A stretch of 63,603 nt of DNA, counting the filler, from Reticulomyxa filosa (taxonomy: Eukaryota; Protista; Foraminifera), in NCBI GenBank assembly GCA_000512085.1. It is 17 parts of 17 records of this genome, joined end to end, with 100 filler letters (N's around TTAATTAATTAA, not from the genome) between each part and the next. Parts side by side here need not be neighbours in the genome. Positions count along the whole stretch, not along the records: positions 1 to 12,366 come from ASPP01005113.1; positions 12,467 to 20,112 come from ASPP01019172.1; 15 more parts are not named here. One strand, given 5' to 3'. A program made the translations under genes and the position numbers. Shown one piece after another: positions 1 through 12,986 of this stretch. Under the pieces are notes generated by a model, which ran no database searches, was not told the origin of the DNA, and saw nothing but the letters and a program-made list of their open reading frames with translations. The stretch's first letter is position 1. Each line of letters opens with the position of its first letter.

Positions 1-13
1 AAAAAAAAAAAAG

Positions 14-270
14 ATGATCGATCCATGAATACTCCAATGACTCCAGAATCTCCTCAACGCAATTTTCAAGACAATATTGGAGAAGATGGAGATCATATTC
101 TTCCTGATATTGTCACCAAACAAGAATATGACAATGATGCCGAACAACAGCATGCACAAATACAAGAACAATTACAAGAACAGGAACAAGAACAAGAACA
201 AGGTAATGGCAATGCTGTCGTGCGTACTCCAAGTAGTGATGAAGAAGAAGATATGCAAATGGTTGATTAA
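14..270 (+). CDS. Terminal exon of an unknown protein (acidic, Q/E-rich C-terminus), 5' part outside window
   Basis: Poly-A...AG acceptor-like start at 1-13; ORF ending SSDEEEDMQMVD* with QE repeats. Confidence 0.5.
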
Positions 271-817
271 ATCTAAACATACTTTTTTAAAAAAAACAAA
301 ACAAAACCATTTTCAAGCTTTTTCCATATTTCGCTAACTCCCTTTTCTCATTTATTTCAAAATCATTTCTTTCTTCTCACTACTGAAAATGCATTTCCGT
401 TTTTTTTTCTTACAACGTAGTTATAATAAAATGGCTAGCTTGTTTAAAAAAATTGACACCCAAAGTAGGGGAAGGACATACCATATTTTTGAGTTACTTT
501 GTTGTCAGCAAAAAAAAAAGTATGAAAGGATACGTTTTGTTGTTCACAGAGGAGGCAATGAAAGAGTTCATAATGAAGTTGATATAATATGAGGACAGTA
601 TTGTGAGAATACTCCTTACAATGTATTTGCTTTCAAAATGTAAGTTCTTGTGAAGCGAGGAAGGACAAACAAACAACCCCCTCTGTAAAACAAGACGTTT
701 GTTGGCACCTTTCTTTTTTTTTTTTTTTTTGGCTTCTCCCTCCTCCCCTCCCCTCCCCTTCCCTTCCCTCTCCCTCTCTTTCTTTCTCTTCCAATGTGGA
801 AAGCCCACATTGCAGCA

Positions 818-2383
818 TCACGAGGCGGATGCGTTGAGAGCAGGTCTGTCCCATTGAGTGACTCCAGTTTGTTCATTGTAGTAATAAGCTTCGCCAGTGT
901 CAGTTTGGAATTCACGCCATCCAGGAGGCAGCTGTTGAAGGAGTACCAATCCCTGTTGCCGTTCTCGTCGAACCTTGAAATACTTTCCAACCACTGGCCA
1001 CCTTTCGTACCGATGCAGTTGTTCGTCACTCAATTTCAGATATGATTTGAACGTTGCCCAATCTGTACATACACACACACACATATGTATATATGTATAT
1101 GTATACATATATAAATGAAAGCCCTTTAATAAAAAAAAAAAAAAAAAACAACTAGTAACCCATGTCAGGATCTCTCCAAAAAGTAAAAGCGAGCAAGACA
1201 GTGCAAGTGCAGGTGACAACGGCCAAGGCCAAGAAGAAAAAGAACGCAGCGACACGAGTTTTGTCAGGGCCGACTTCGTCATTGATCACCACGATTTGAA
1301 CCGAGGTGGTGTTGCTCGTATTGCCAGCGATTGTGGAGGCGAGCACAGTGAAGGAAGGAGAAGAGTAAAAAGAAGAGCTGGAGGTGCACTCGTAAGGGTC
1401 AGTCAATTTGCATAGTTGGCATAATTCCAAGCCGTCCAAGTCCTCCGCGTTGCAAGCAGTGTATCGTCTCCAATTCCTTTTTGCATTCGCAATGGAAGTA
1501 GATTTGCAACAACTGCCTTTCGGAACGCCGATGCCACTTTTGTCTTCCAATGTCATTGGCTCGATGCTTGATGCATATGCATACGCGTTCCAGGTGTGAT
1601 CCCTCTCCTTCTCTTCGTCTTCTATTGTCACAAAGTCCCCGCAATTGTAAAGGGTTTCGTAGCGGTTCAATCGCCATTCCAGCACAATTGTGCACGGCTT
1701 GTCCTCGTCGCATTCGTACTCTGTTCTATACTCCACCGACACATTGTATGTTTTTCGTCTTTCCATTTTCGATGCGTCCATTCTTACACTCTTCCCTTCC
1801 ATCGTCATTTCCTTTGGAATTGCTTTTTTTATTTAAAAAAAAAATTAAAAATGGAGTGCCCTCCCCCCCCCCCCCCCTCAAAAATATATATATGTATATG
1901 TATATGATGTATGCATATACATATCTATTGTTAACTTTTTTTTTTTTTTTTTTTGTTGCATACATCAAAAATGTAGACCCCCTTTCATTGAACTCACCAA
2001 ACTCAACTTAATGGAGTCAAGTGGAAACATGCGTTCGGAGTGGTCAGCCGTTCGGAGTTTGGACATAGATACAAGTTAATCGATGAGGGCACAAAGCTTT
2101 GGAAATGAACCCAAGATATATCTATTGTCTTCAACTTTGTGTCCACCCCTTCCTTGTTGGTAATGACCCCGACACTTTGGCGCAATGTCGTTCGCACCGA
2201 CGCGTCGGGTTTGTCAAGGTCACGCCCTCCACATGGGAACTTATTCACCATACGATCCCGATGGCCCTGTCGATACGCTGAACGAGAAAGTGGTGACAGC
2301 AAGTACCCACCGCCTTCGATGGCCACTAGTCTTAGAGACAAGGACAATAAGACCAGTGTCCACAGCATACTAGTTCTCACCAT
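818..2383 (-). CDS. Type-I membrane protein: signal peptide, LPMO (AA10/AA15-like) domain without His1, Cys-rich linker, TM helix, cytoplasmic WW domain (427 aa; exons 2383-2008, 1822-1160, 1062-818)
   Basis: GT-AG introns 2007-1823 and 1159-1063 join in frame (1284 nt). Motifs: GYLLSPLSRS, FPCGG, LYLC, ACF..TPL, C....PC.IVLEW....ETLYNCGD; hydrophobic VAAFFFFLALAVVTCTCTVLLAFTFW; WW domain LPPGW...YYYN...TQWDRP. Confidence 0.8.
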
Positions 2384-2647
2384 TTGTTTGCTTGAAAAAT
2401 AATTATTATCGACTCACCCCTTTTTTAAAAAAAAAAATTTGAAGATTAAAAAAACTGGAAAGTTCTACGCCGTCCTTTTTTTTTTTGGTAGCAAAAATCC
2501 AGTGCACATCTTGAACATAATGTAAGGAAACTTTTGGTATAGTACTGGATCGATCATAAAAGCAGGCTGGATGTTCGCAAAGTGGATTGACAGATATTAA
2601 CGATCTAATGTTTTGTCAGACAAAAAAACTCTTTTTCACGACGTGGC

Positions 2648-5388
2648 ATGGGCGTAGAAGGCCTGAGCGCATATGGCCGCGTATGTCAACGGCAACTATC
2701 TTTGCCTGCGGTGAATCCAATGATGCTTCCAGACTTTAACTATCGCTATGTGTTGCTAGACGGAGCGTCCTTTGCCTGGAACTTTATGAATGGCAACTTT
2801 CATATGGATTACAAATCGATCCAAAGAGAATGTCAAGTCAAGTGTAATCTATTACATCAAAAAAGAGGAAGGGGAAGGGGAAGGGGAAAAGGGAGAAATA
2901 AAAGATAGCAGAAATGAAACATTAGGAGTTTGTAAGTCGATTCGTTCGGTGCGGATTGGAGGTAATAGTGTTTATCGACAGTAACGTGACAACTGATAAA
3001 GTAGGCACATGGCTGGGACGTCGAGCAAAGAGAATGGGACAGCTGTTCGACATGAATGGGATATTGAAGCAAAGAGCGATAACATCGTTATTCGACAGAG
3101 ACGAGACATCGTTATATTTGGACTCCGACTATTGGTTCGCACCAAACGGCTGTTTTTTTTACATTGGTCAAGTGTTTGGATCGCTAAACCATTGTCGCGT
3201 GATCTTTGCGCAAACAGATTGCGATCGAGAAATGGTCGGATATGCTAATCTGTTGGGAAACAAGTGTTACGCAATCGTGTCAAATGACAGTGACTTTTTC
3301 ATTTTCAACGTGCCTTTGTATATTCTCTTACCTTCCATTCACTTCAGTCGACAAGGCCAATCATTACATTTTTCTGGTTTTTTCCACAAAGACTTTTTAT
3401 ATCGAGTTTTGGATTTATTATATATGTATATATGCATATATACATATATACATATATACATATATGTATATATGTGTTTATATTGATCGAAACAACAGAT
3501 ACGACTACCTCAACATCAATTACCACAATTGGCTTCAATTTTGGGCTGTGATGTGGCACCACAACTGCGCGAATACGCAGATCATATACTGGATCGATGT
3601 CGTGGTCGATCCGGCGTGGACATGACGGCCAGGTATGTCCGCGAAATGCGATATCGCAAATGCAAGGATAGCAATGTGTTAAACGACTTGAAAGAGCGCT
3701 TCGCGATAGCCGACTTTTTTTACACGGCTGTGATCCCCATTGACATGTGCAATCATCCATTGCTCATTGGACTATGGATGAACAGTCTCCACGAGTACTT
3801 TGATGGCATGCCACAGCACGCCTTTGCATCTCCATTAAATGCACAAACAACAACGACAACAACGACAACAACGACAACAACGACAACAACGACAACAACA
3901 ACAACAAATACTACCACTCAGCCCATTCGACTGCTGTCTGGGGTGTTCTTTGATGCTAATTACGACGATACGAATTACTTGCCGTCGTCTCAATGGAGTA
4001 CCATTCTGTCCGCAAAGCCCATTCGGCTGCAGTTGTATCGATACATATTTATTTCCCCGCGTGTCAATGCAAACAAGCTCAATTATTCGTCATTATTGTC
4101 AGCAACAACAACAACAACAACAACAACAACAACGACGACGACGACAATGGCGTGTGACTGTTTGAGTGAACAGAGGTTTGTGGAGTCGATTCGCGAAGTT
4201 ATATGCTATCCGCAGAAGAAAAACAGAACAAATTGGAACGCCTTGTCCAGTCGCTGGGCAAAGGGGATCATAGTCGACAACATTGAAGGTGCTGCGGACA
4301 ATGCTTTGGAAGACAATCCCTTGCTGCGCATGAAGTCGTACGCGTATATTCGCAACTCGTTGCACAAATATCCGCGTCACAATATCTCCATTGCCGTCGA
4401 CATGTTATGGGAGGACATTTTGATGCTGTGGCAGTGGTTGATGGAACAGGACCAATGGCAGTCAAAGGGCGAGGAGAATGACACCAAAGAAGAGAGCAAT
4501 AGTGCCAATGCGAAAAAAAAGGAAGATAATGACAATGGCAATGAGAATAGGAAAGAACAGGATAAAGATAAGGATATGTCCTCTTCGAAACTGCTCAAGA
4601 CGTTAAAAGATCGATTGAAGTTGCAACAATTTGCTTTAATTCAACAATTGAAATATCGACATGAGTTGCTCAATCAAATCCATTATGACAATGTTGATAA
4701 AACCATTCACACTTTGGATATGCACTCACGATCCACCATTTTGCATATTTACGAAATCGTGTTCATCTTTTTGCATTTGCAGTGCTCTTTGTCTTGGTAT
4801 CCCCCTTTTCTCACCCATTTCATCCATTACGCCCATCAGCATCCACGCTCATCTGTGGGTGTCGAACAGATCAACGTCGCGAACTGCAGCGACGCAAAGG
4901 AAAGCGAGTGTGCAATGTTGTTCAAACAAGTCCCGTCCATCCTTTTAAAAAATACGTCTCAATATCAAAATACGAATGAGTGGAAGGCCACTTCAGATGC
5001 AAACTCAAAGCCACATGAAAAAGGAAAAGGAAAAAGAAAAGGAAAAGGAAAGGGAAAAGGAAAAAGAAAAAGAAACAGAATAAGCCGCAATGATCAAAAC
5101 AATCACACGCAACCATCCAAAGAAGATAGAAATGACAAAATCGTGGATTGTGCAAACCCAATATCATTAGCCAAAGAGGAAACGACAGACTCCAAAGTTG
5201 AATGCAACACCGAGTCGCAAGTGCAAACAAATTCCACTGGCTTGCCATTGTCTGACGATGATAAGTCTTGTGATAATGAAGAAAACAAAATCCACAATTT
5301 ACAGTCACAATGGCATGAACTGCAGCTTTGGAAAAAAAAAAGTCGAAGAGAGATTTGGCTCGGAGATTATTACAAAAAACAAAATTAA
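2648..5388 (+). CDS. Asteroid (ASTE1)/FAM120-like XPG/PIN-domain protein (introns 2837-2925, 3406-3498)
   Basis: MGVEGL start, LLDGAS, VFID, DCDRE (EAD position), IVSNDSDFFIF, LASILGCD (H3TH-like); both introns restore frame; poly-Thr and GK-rich tracts in the C-terminal half. Confidence 0.8.
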
Positions 5389-5819
5389 TCTTAAAGTTCC
5401 CTGTATCTGGCAGGTTTTTGACACAAAACTTTTATCATTGGATTTGCAATAATCTCTCGTTGGCAAAGAAATACATTAAAAAGGTCAAGTCACTGCATCT
5501 GCATCTGAACCTGAACCTGCTTCGGTCCTGCAACTCCCAGTCCTGAACCCGTCCCGCAAGTTTGAAATGGTGAAGGATGAATCAAATTTGAAAACAAAAT
5601 ATAATTTTTTTCATTCAATAATTTTGTTAGCAAAAACAAAAACAATTCAAATCTCGCATTATAAAAAAACAGAAACACACATAAAAAAAAAAACCGGTCA
5701 ATGACATCCCTTCTATTGTTGAATTATTGTGATTATTATTTTATCACATTCTAAAAATAGCAAAACATAAAACTAAGCAGGCCCCACAACAATTTAAAAA
5801 ATAAAATAAAGGAAAGATT

Positions 5820-7968
5820 TCAAAGCTGAAATTTTTGAGTGTTTTCTTCCACTTTGATAACAATGGAACGACACATTGGCAAACTAGCATTATACTTTTC
5901 CGTAAGTCTTTCTACACGTTCAATCAAGTCTCTTTTGCGAGTGCAATAGAGTGGAATGTCAATGATAAATTTGAAAGTAGCCGGCAAATATTTGAACAAT
6001 TCATTAGTAATATCTTTAATTCCATTCAAATGCGTCATTTGAATAAAATCTTTACAATAAGTATAATTTTTGATATTTCTCTCCACGCATTCCAACCACA
6101 TTGTATCCATTTCATGGGAATAAGAGGACACTCGGATGGTTTCAATTCCCAATTTGTTGCTATTTTATTTTATTAAAAATGAACATTGGTTGTGAAAATG
6201 TGGATTCAATCGAATGATTGCATTATTCGGCAAACATCAGAATTAAATTAGAAAATCAAAAAACAATGACAATAAGGAGACAATAACCTGAAGATGTGTG
6301 TAAGTAGTAATTGCAATATGTTATTCAAATTGGTGACTGGCCGATCATAAGATGAAACGAACTGCGTAAATTGCAGCAATTCGATTGTTTCCAAATTATG
6401 ACATGCGGAGGCAATAGATCGAAACAAAGATGGAAAATCTGAGTCACAAAGCGACAAATAAAAATCCCTCAAGTCTTTTCTGTGCACATGTGAAATGAGG
6501 TCTTCTCCACTTAGTTTCAAAGCCCTTAAGTTGTTGCCGCCAACGGTATCAATATATTGGGCCAACAGCTGAATGCTGTTCAAGCGCCGTTCTGTGCTAT
6601 TGACCATCTTCAATTGGCAAACAGTTTTCGAAGACAGTTGTTTCATCCATCCATAATGAATACGTACATTCTCCAAATAACGTCCGGGTGACGACAGCAG
6701 CGCCTTCATGACAGAGAAGTTTGTTTGTTCAGTCGACATTTGAGAGGATAGGTCTAATGTTTGTAAGTGTAGTTTTTTTTCAATTATTTCGTTTACTCTT
6801 GTCTCATAGATATTATGTGCTTGTTTCGTTTGAGCATTGATAGTGCCTCTATTTATTATGTATTATTTATTTTTTTACTTGTTATTATTAATTATGGTCA
6901 TTTGTTATTCTTTTTTTTTTTTTTTGTGAAAAATCAATCCCTCCTTTCGTGCACGCAACAAGAATGGAATAGAATAGAGTGAACGGAGTAATGGACAGAG
7001 AACGATACGTGACAGTTTCGTGCATAAACACATGACAAATGTTTGGATTGGTGGCAATGCTTTTGTACAGGTCGTCGACGAACATAACTTGTTCTTCCGT
7101 CATTCGGGAATGCAAACAAACGCAAAGTCGAATGGTGTGCAAGCTTCTCAAACCGCTTACACACCTGCATATGTGTTTGTGGCATTTGGTCATGGCGTTC
7201 GTCACTCCGTTCAGCATATCTTCCGTCAAGTGCAGCTGCAACACTTGCAACGACTCAAAGTTTGGCAGCATGTCGTTATATACCACGCTGCAATAATGCT
7301 GCTGAAACACATTCATTCCATCCATTATCAATTCAAACTCACAAATTGAGCGTTGCATTTTGTTTATCGTTGAGTACAAATCCAATAAATTTTTGTCCGA
7401 CACATTGCTTCCGATGCAACCTTTTAATTCCTTTTTTTTTTTTGTTTATCGTTATCAAAAAATTGTATTTACTCCATTTTTTTAATTATTATTATTATTA
7501 AGATATTAAACACAGAGACTCAAAAAATTACCAACTTGTGACCCCAGTTTTATTGGCAATGAACCCCTTCTTTTTTTTTTTTGCCAGTCTTAAAAAAAAA
7601 GTGACAACTGAAAGGTCAATGGATAAATTGGTCAGATATTATCTTTTTTTTTTACAACTTTTTAATGGACATGCGTGTACAGAAAAAATAACAAAAAGCG
7701 CTGTTTTTTCCTCTCGTTGGTTGTAACTTAGGTAAAGCGTTTTTATAGAACCAGAGTGCTTTGTCAAGAGCTGGCATAGTAATGGTATGGATGTGCCGTC
7801 CAAAATTGAAAAGTTTATTTCGACTGCCTGCAAACTGTTGCTGCTTCGCTTCTTCAGTTCTTGCGGAAGTTGAGAGCCCATTCGAAAAGCACTTAGACAG
7901 TCCAAAAAAAGCACTTTGACATCGCTGATTACGTCTATTTTCGCTAACATATCATGAATTCTGTTCAT
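5820..7968 (-). CDS. Multi-exon leucine-rich-repeat/RNI-like protein of unknown function
   Basis: Successive minus-strand exons (about 7968-7720, 7403-6945, 6760-6300, 6150-5820) with LxxLxL patterns (LQVLQLHL, LHTIRL, LRALKLS, LETIEL). Splice boundaries not resolved. Confidence 0.55.
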
Positions 7969-8480
7969 CAATAAGAAAAAAAGATTATGCTCTTTTTCTT
8001 ATTTTTTTTAAATATCCCAAGGGGAACGTTGGCTAGGAAAATGAGTGAACGTTTTGAACAAACAAAACTAGCTTTTGCAAAAGAGATCTTGTCGTTTATT
8101 ATATCTGAGAGGTAAGCTGTTAAGATCATCCCCCATTGTCAACATGAGAAGAGAAAGAGAAAGTGAGATTCAGGACCTGTACATGAAGACATGAGAAAAA
8201 AAGATTTTATTTTTGCAAATAAATATATAAACCCATCAAAATACAGTTCAGCACATTACATTTTAGTCACCGGGTATGGAAGATGCAGCAAATGCAAAGT
8301 GTAAAACAAGAAAAGGAAAAAAAAGAAAGGATAAGACAAAGTTCAAATCGTGGACTTTGGTCCTGGGAAATTTTAAAGTATTTGAAAAAAAGATTAACAA
8401 ATGATCAACCCGCCACTGTACAAAAAACTTTGAGGGTATGAAATATATGTTTTCACATGCACGCCAGCCTTTTTTTTGCA

Positions 8481-9409
8481 TCAAGGATAGTAATCGCCGT
8501 CATAAGTGCCTCCACATAAGGTTCTGCTATCAGTGTATTGTTTAATGGCAGGGCTTGTCCATCCGCCAAATGCGACTGAATTATAATCACTGAAGCTTTC
8601 GACGTCCTATGATGTATACATGAATCTCCTTTTTCTACTTCTTTTTTTTTTGTGTGCACATCGGCTGTTTGGACTTAACATCATAATGGGCATACCAAAG
8701 CTGATAACTACTCAAGGCAGTGCAAGCGTGAACTTGACCCATGACTGTTTGCCATTCATATTGTGAGGAATAAATTCCAACACTTTTGCCATTCTTGACA
8801 ACTTGTTCTGCCATCTTTTGTTTGTTTGTTTGTTTTGTCAACGGAAGGGTATATGAATCCGAAAACACGTAAAAAAAAAAAGATTGAACTTTTTGAACAT
8901 AATCACAATTGCTGGAAGAGCTGTAATCTGCCCACGAGCAACCGGTGCTAGGATTGTATTCAATGTCCAACCACACCATTCCATATTCAACTGTGCTGTT
9001 GAGATTTTGCGGTACTTTCTTCCATTTAGATAACGACTCGGACAAGTTGCCCATCATCCAGTTCACTTGTTCAACTGGACTTTCACTTGCACAAGGAAAC
9101 AAATACACATCTGTGTATTTCACTCCTGCCGCTTGTGCATCATCCTATTCATTACACAATAACATGTTTTTTGTATAAAAGGGATAAAAGCAAAGAAGCA
9201 ACGCCTTACGTAACAAGGTTATGGATAGATGTGTCATCAAAAGCTCCATAGCTGTGCCAAGCTCGGGTTATCATAAACTCAATATTCTCAGCTAAGCAAC
9301 TCCAGTCACTGACGTCACCAGCCACGTCAATTCCCAACACGGCTGTAGTTACGCTCAATAAAGAGCCAAACACTGCTATACAGCACAAGGCCTTCGAAAA
9401 TGCGGTCAT
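8481..9409 (-). CDS. Secreted GH25 (protist-type) lysozyme (introns 9214-9145, 8889-8815, 8679-8607)
   Basis: Signal peptide; GIDV, RAW.SYG..D, DVYLFPC, VWLDIE (catalytic DxE), GIYSS, LWYAHYD, FGGWTSPAIKQY; all three introns are GT-AG and in frame. Confidence 0.93.
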
Positions 9410-9727
9410 CTCTTACAATTGAAAACACTATAATGATCGAGAGTTTTTTTTTTAGAGATTAAAGAGGCGGTCACTTAAAAGTGCCACAAAAGTAAAATAA
9501 TTCAAGAAACCTTTTCCGAAAAAAAATTGAAGAAAATCCAAGTTAAATGTGAAAGGAAATAAAATAATTGTCACGAATCCATGTTTCGGGAGGTAGGACA
9601 AATTAAACAATTTGTTCCTCATTTTTCTCTCAAAACTGAGAAACAAGAAGAGTGGCCAAAAAGGAGGAAACAAAAACGCTTCTACCCAAAGACAAGTTTC
9701 ACAGTATTTTTTTTCCCCTTCTTTTTT

Positions 9728-10827
9728 TTATGATCTCTCCAATCCAAAGATCTCTCTACTTCGTTCATATGTGACAAAATATAAAGTGCACCAGGCCACT
9801 TTTCTAACAATGATGGGAATGAAGCCTTTGTACAAAGCCATAACCCCTTCTTTCCGAGGGATACTAACCAATCCATGGAACATTCCCCGGTATTCATGCA
9901 CGCGGCCCGATTGATTCATTAGCCTCGTTTTGACAACATCGACAGGGGTGCTTACACAGGCACTAATGATGGCAGCACCAAAAGAGGAGTACACGGTTAG
10001 CAAAAGCCCGTCTTGATTCACCACTTTGTATGTGTGCAACAGCTCTTTTTTGATGTGATCATAAGTACCAATTTCCGCGGCGTTAATTAAAAAGGCTCTG
10101 GCAACGTTGGGACGAACCCCTGCCCAAAACCCTACAATTCCTTCTTTCTTGTATATATTCGAGATCACCACACTCATCCTTAACCGATGCAATGTTTGTG
10201 ACGCTTGCATTTGCGTCTTCAGCACATCCGTCGGGTTCATCACAAGTATACCAATGGCCCCTGCCGTACCACCAGCGATTATTCTTGTCACTAACCCTGG
10301 TTGGGCCGGTGAGCCATCTCCGTTGCCGTTATTCGACAATGAGTTCGCTATGCGAGCTATCGAGTCTCGCACCGGCTCAAAGATTACAAAGGCCAAACCC
10401 GTGTAACTCACCTTTAAATATTTGCACCCGTGACACACTTTTTTGTTTTTGTTTTTTTTTTGAGGGATAGGGAGAGAAAAAAAAAGGAGAGGCCACTAAC
10501 TTGTCTTATCAGTGCTGGTGTTAAGCCTTTAAATAACGCACTAGCTCCTTCATGTTTAGCTATTACCGTTGCTGCATTGATCATTCCAGAATATACTCTT
10601 TCTCCGGTCTGAGAAGCAACACGCTGAGCACTGTTCGCAACTGACTTTTGTGTTTGCAGCCTTGTCTTTATCACGTCCGTTGGCAGTGTACATGTTTCTG
10701 CAACTACTGAACCGCATGCACTTGCCAGCAATCGACGCATGGCTGCACCAAATGGAGTAGAATTTGGTTCGGTGGAGCCCGTGGAAGTGGGCTCGACGGC
10801 GGCTGAATCAATATTAGACTCTTCCAT
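9728..10827 (-). CDS. Mitochondrial carrier (SLC25; UCP/2-oxoglutarate-dicarboxylate-like), intron 10500-10412
   Basis: Three PxDxxKxR-type signatures (PTDVIKTRLQ, PTDVLKTQMQ, PVDVVKTRLMNQ); RQVSY, NVARAFLINAAEIGTYD, ALYKGF. Confidence 0.93.
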
Positions 10828-11961
10828 TGACACAAAAGGTTTGAGACCATGGTTTTACTCAAACTTTCCCTGTTGAAAGGGATGTTTACTGTTTGGTGCA
10901 AATGTTAACGATATTTAATTGAAAAAAGAAAAAAAATAAACAAGAAAAGAAAAAATAGACAAAAAAGAGAAAATAAAAACAATAAAAAAATAGAAAACAA
11001 AAAAAAATTTTTGAGTTTGGCATTAGCACTTTTTAATTATTTTGATAGTAATAGTAATGGAGAGACGCCAAACAACAACAAGAATCACGTTAGCGTCCCC
11101 CTTCTGTCCAAAAATATAAAAAATATAAGTTTTTGTGTTTATGCACACGTTGGTGAAAGACTGCAAGTTTTTCAACTTTGTATCAATTCGTCTTCAGTCG
11201 TGTGACGGATCAAGGTATATTATGTGGACAAGAAAGCTTGGTTTTTCCTTTTGGAATATACGTTCAATAGATCGCTAGTCTACGAAAAGGTTTGAGATAA
11301 CAAATACAACAATTAATTTGATTAATATCAACAACTGCAGTAAATAGGCTTATACATGTTGATTATATTTTCGTTGAAAGTATTCAATTTGTGGACAACA
11401 TAGTAAAATAGTAATTTAAGATTACTTTTTGTACAAGTTTACAGAAGTAATATCCAAAACAAGATTAAAGATATATATCATATAAGTATGTATAAAAGTA
11501 CTGACACAATAAAATAATACATTATGAAAATAATCGATTTTCTAAGTCAAAAATCAATATATTTAAAAACCTTTTTAAAAGTATGCTAACATTCAAGTGT
11601 CAAAATACATTTTATTTTTTTCTACAATTTTTTGTCAATTACAGACATTTTCTATAACATTGATACTTAACGTTATTAATTTTTATAATTTTTTTGTGTT
11701 TACCTTTTTTTTATTTTAATTTTGGAAAGGTTTTAGCTTTGTTTATTATATGTTTTATTCTTTTGTTGATATAACTTTTATAAATATTATTAACATTTTG
11801 ACTTGTGATAGTTTTTGATAATTACATCTTTGTGTTAATGCATGTTTTAATTTATATGTGCATATCAATTTCATTGTTTATTTTTTTACATTTTAGGATT
11901 TTCTAGGTTTTTTGAAAAAAAGTCAAGCTTCAAAGAGATGAGATTACTTTAATTATATCAT

Positions 11962-12183
11962 TGTAGACAAGCCCTTATCACGCATGGCTGAACGCTTATG
12001 GAACTGAGGAGCTCCCTTTGGGTTAAACCTCATCAACAAACTACCTCTTACTTGCTTTCTTTACTTTCTTTTGTCCTTTGATTTATTCTTTAATTTACTT
12101 TTGTTTACTGAAAGTCAATCTCATTTCGAGTAACACTCTTTCGTATTACATTTAGTGAAGCTCTTCACCGTAGACTCCCCACA
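11962..12183 (+). mobile_element. Solo-LTR-like repeat, copy 1 (TGT...CACA, 222 bp)
   Basis: Similar to 24713-24941, 33384-33436(-) and 35023-35344(-); TG...CA ends; no TSD seen (TCAT/AAGC). Confidence 0.75.
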
Positions 12184-12366
12184 AAGCTCTGAATTTTTTA
12201 AAAGTATTAGCAATAGAAAAAAAAGAAAGTAAGTTTTGGCAATGTTTTTGAAAGAGGAATATCAATTCTTCCTTTCCCAGTAATATATCATCTCTTTTTT
12301 TTATAATTTCTTCCAAGGTTATGTTATAAATACTACGGAAATTTTTGGTTTGTACGACAATTTATT

Positions 12367-12466
12367 NNNNNNNNNNNNNNNNNNNNNNNNNNNNNNNNNN
12401 NNNNNNNNNNTTAATTAATTAANNNNNNNNNNNNNNNNNNNNNNNNNNNNNNNNNNNNNNNNNNNN
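12367..12466. other. Artificial contig-joining linker (first of 16)
   Basis: 44 N + TTAATTAATTAA (stops in all six frames) + 44 N. Identical linkers start at 12367, 20113, 23366, 31968, 33284, 34923, 36034, 37999, 39288, 44507, 47839, 49159, 56569, 58698, 60311 and 62382. Confidence 0.98.
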
Positions 12467-12607
12467 TTCAAACAAGTTAAGATCTATCCAACTTAGAAAC
12501 ACTCCAATCTTTGTGCAATTTGATGACACATCTAATGTTCCAATGCAAACATCAATTCATTAAAAAAAAAAAGTCAAAGTCTTACGAGTGAAGAAACAAA
12601 AGTGCAA

Positions 12608-12952
12608 ATGAATAGCGACTCAAACTTGTCGGCATTCCAAATCGGACTGCGAATCGATGCTCTAGATCGGTCCTATGAATACTGGTACAGTGCGCAAGTG
12701 ATTGGGATAGACCCTGGGAAAATGCAAGTGTGGGTCAAGTATGATGGATTCGAGTCGCGATGGAACGACTGGATCTCCGCTTCGGAGGTCTATCGCATCG
12801 CCCCGCACGCGTCACGCTGTTGCGCAAGTGCAAATAAGTCTGCCAATCAAAACATTGGCACACATGTGTTTGCCGCAACAAAGTATGGAAAGTCGGACCA
12901 AGCCAAATTGTTGAGAGCAAAAATTGCAGTTTACAAAGACAAACACACAAAC

Positions 12953-12986
<34 letters not shown>

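Noticed and set aside
494-1045. Many short overlapping ORFs (poly-K, poly-F, poly-C, YIYI), here and throughout
   Set aside because: They are antisense shadows or translations of homopolymers and microsatellites in introns and UTRs.
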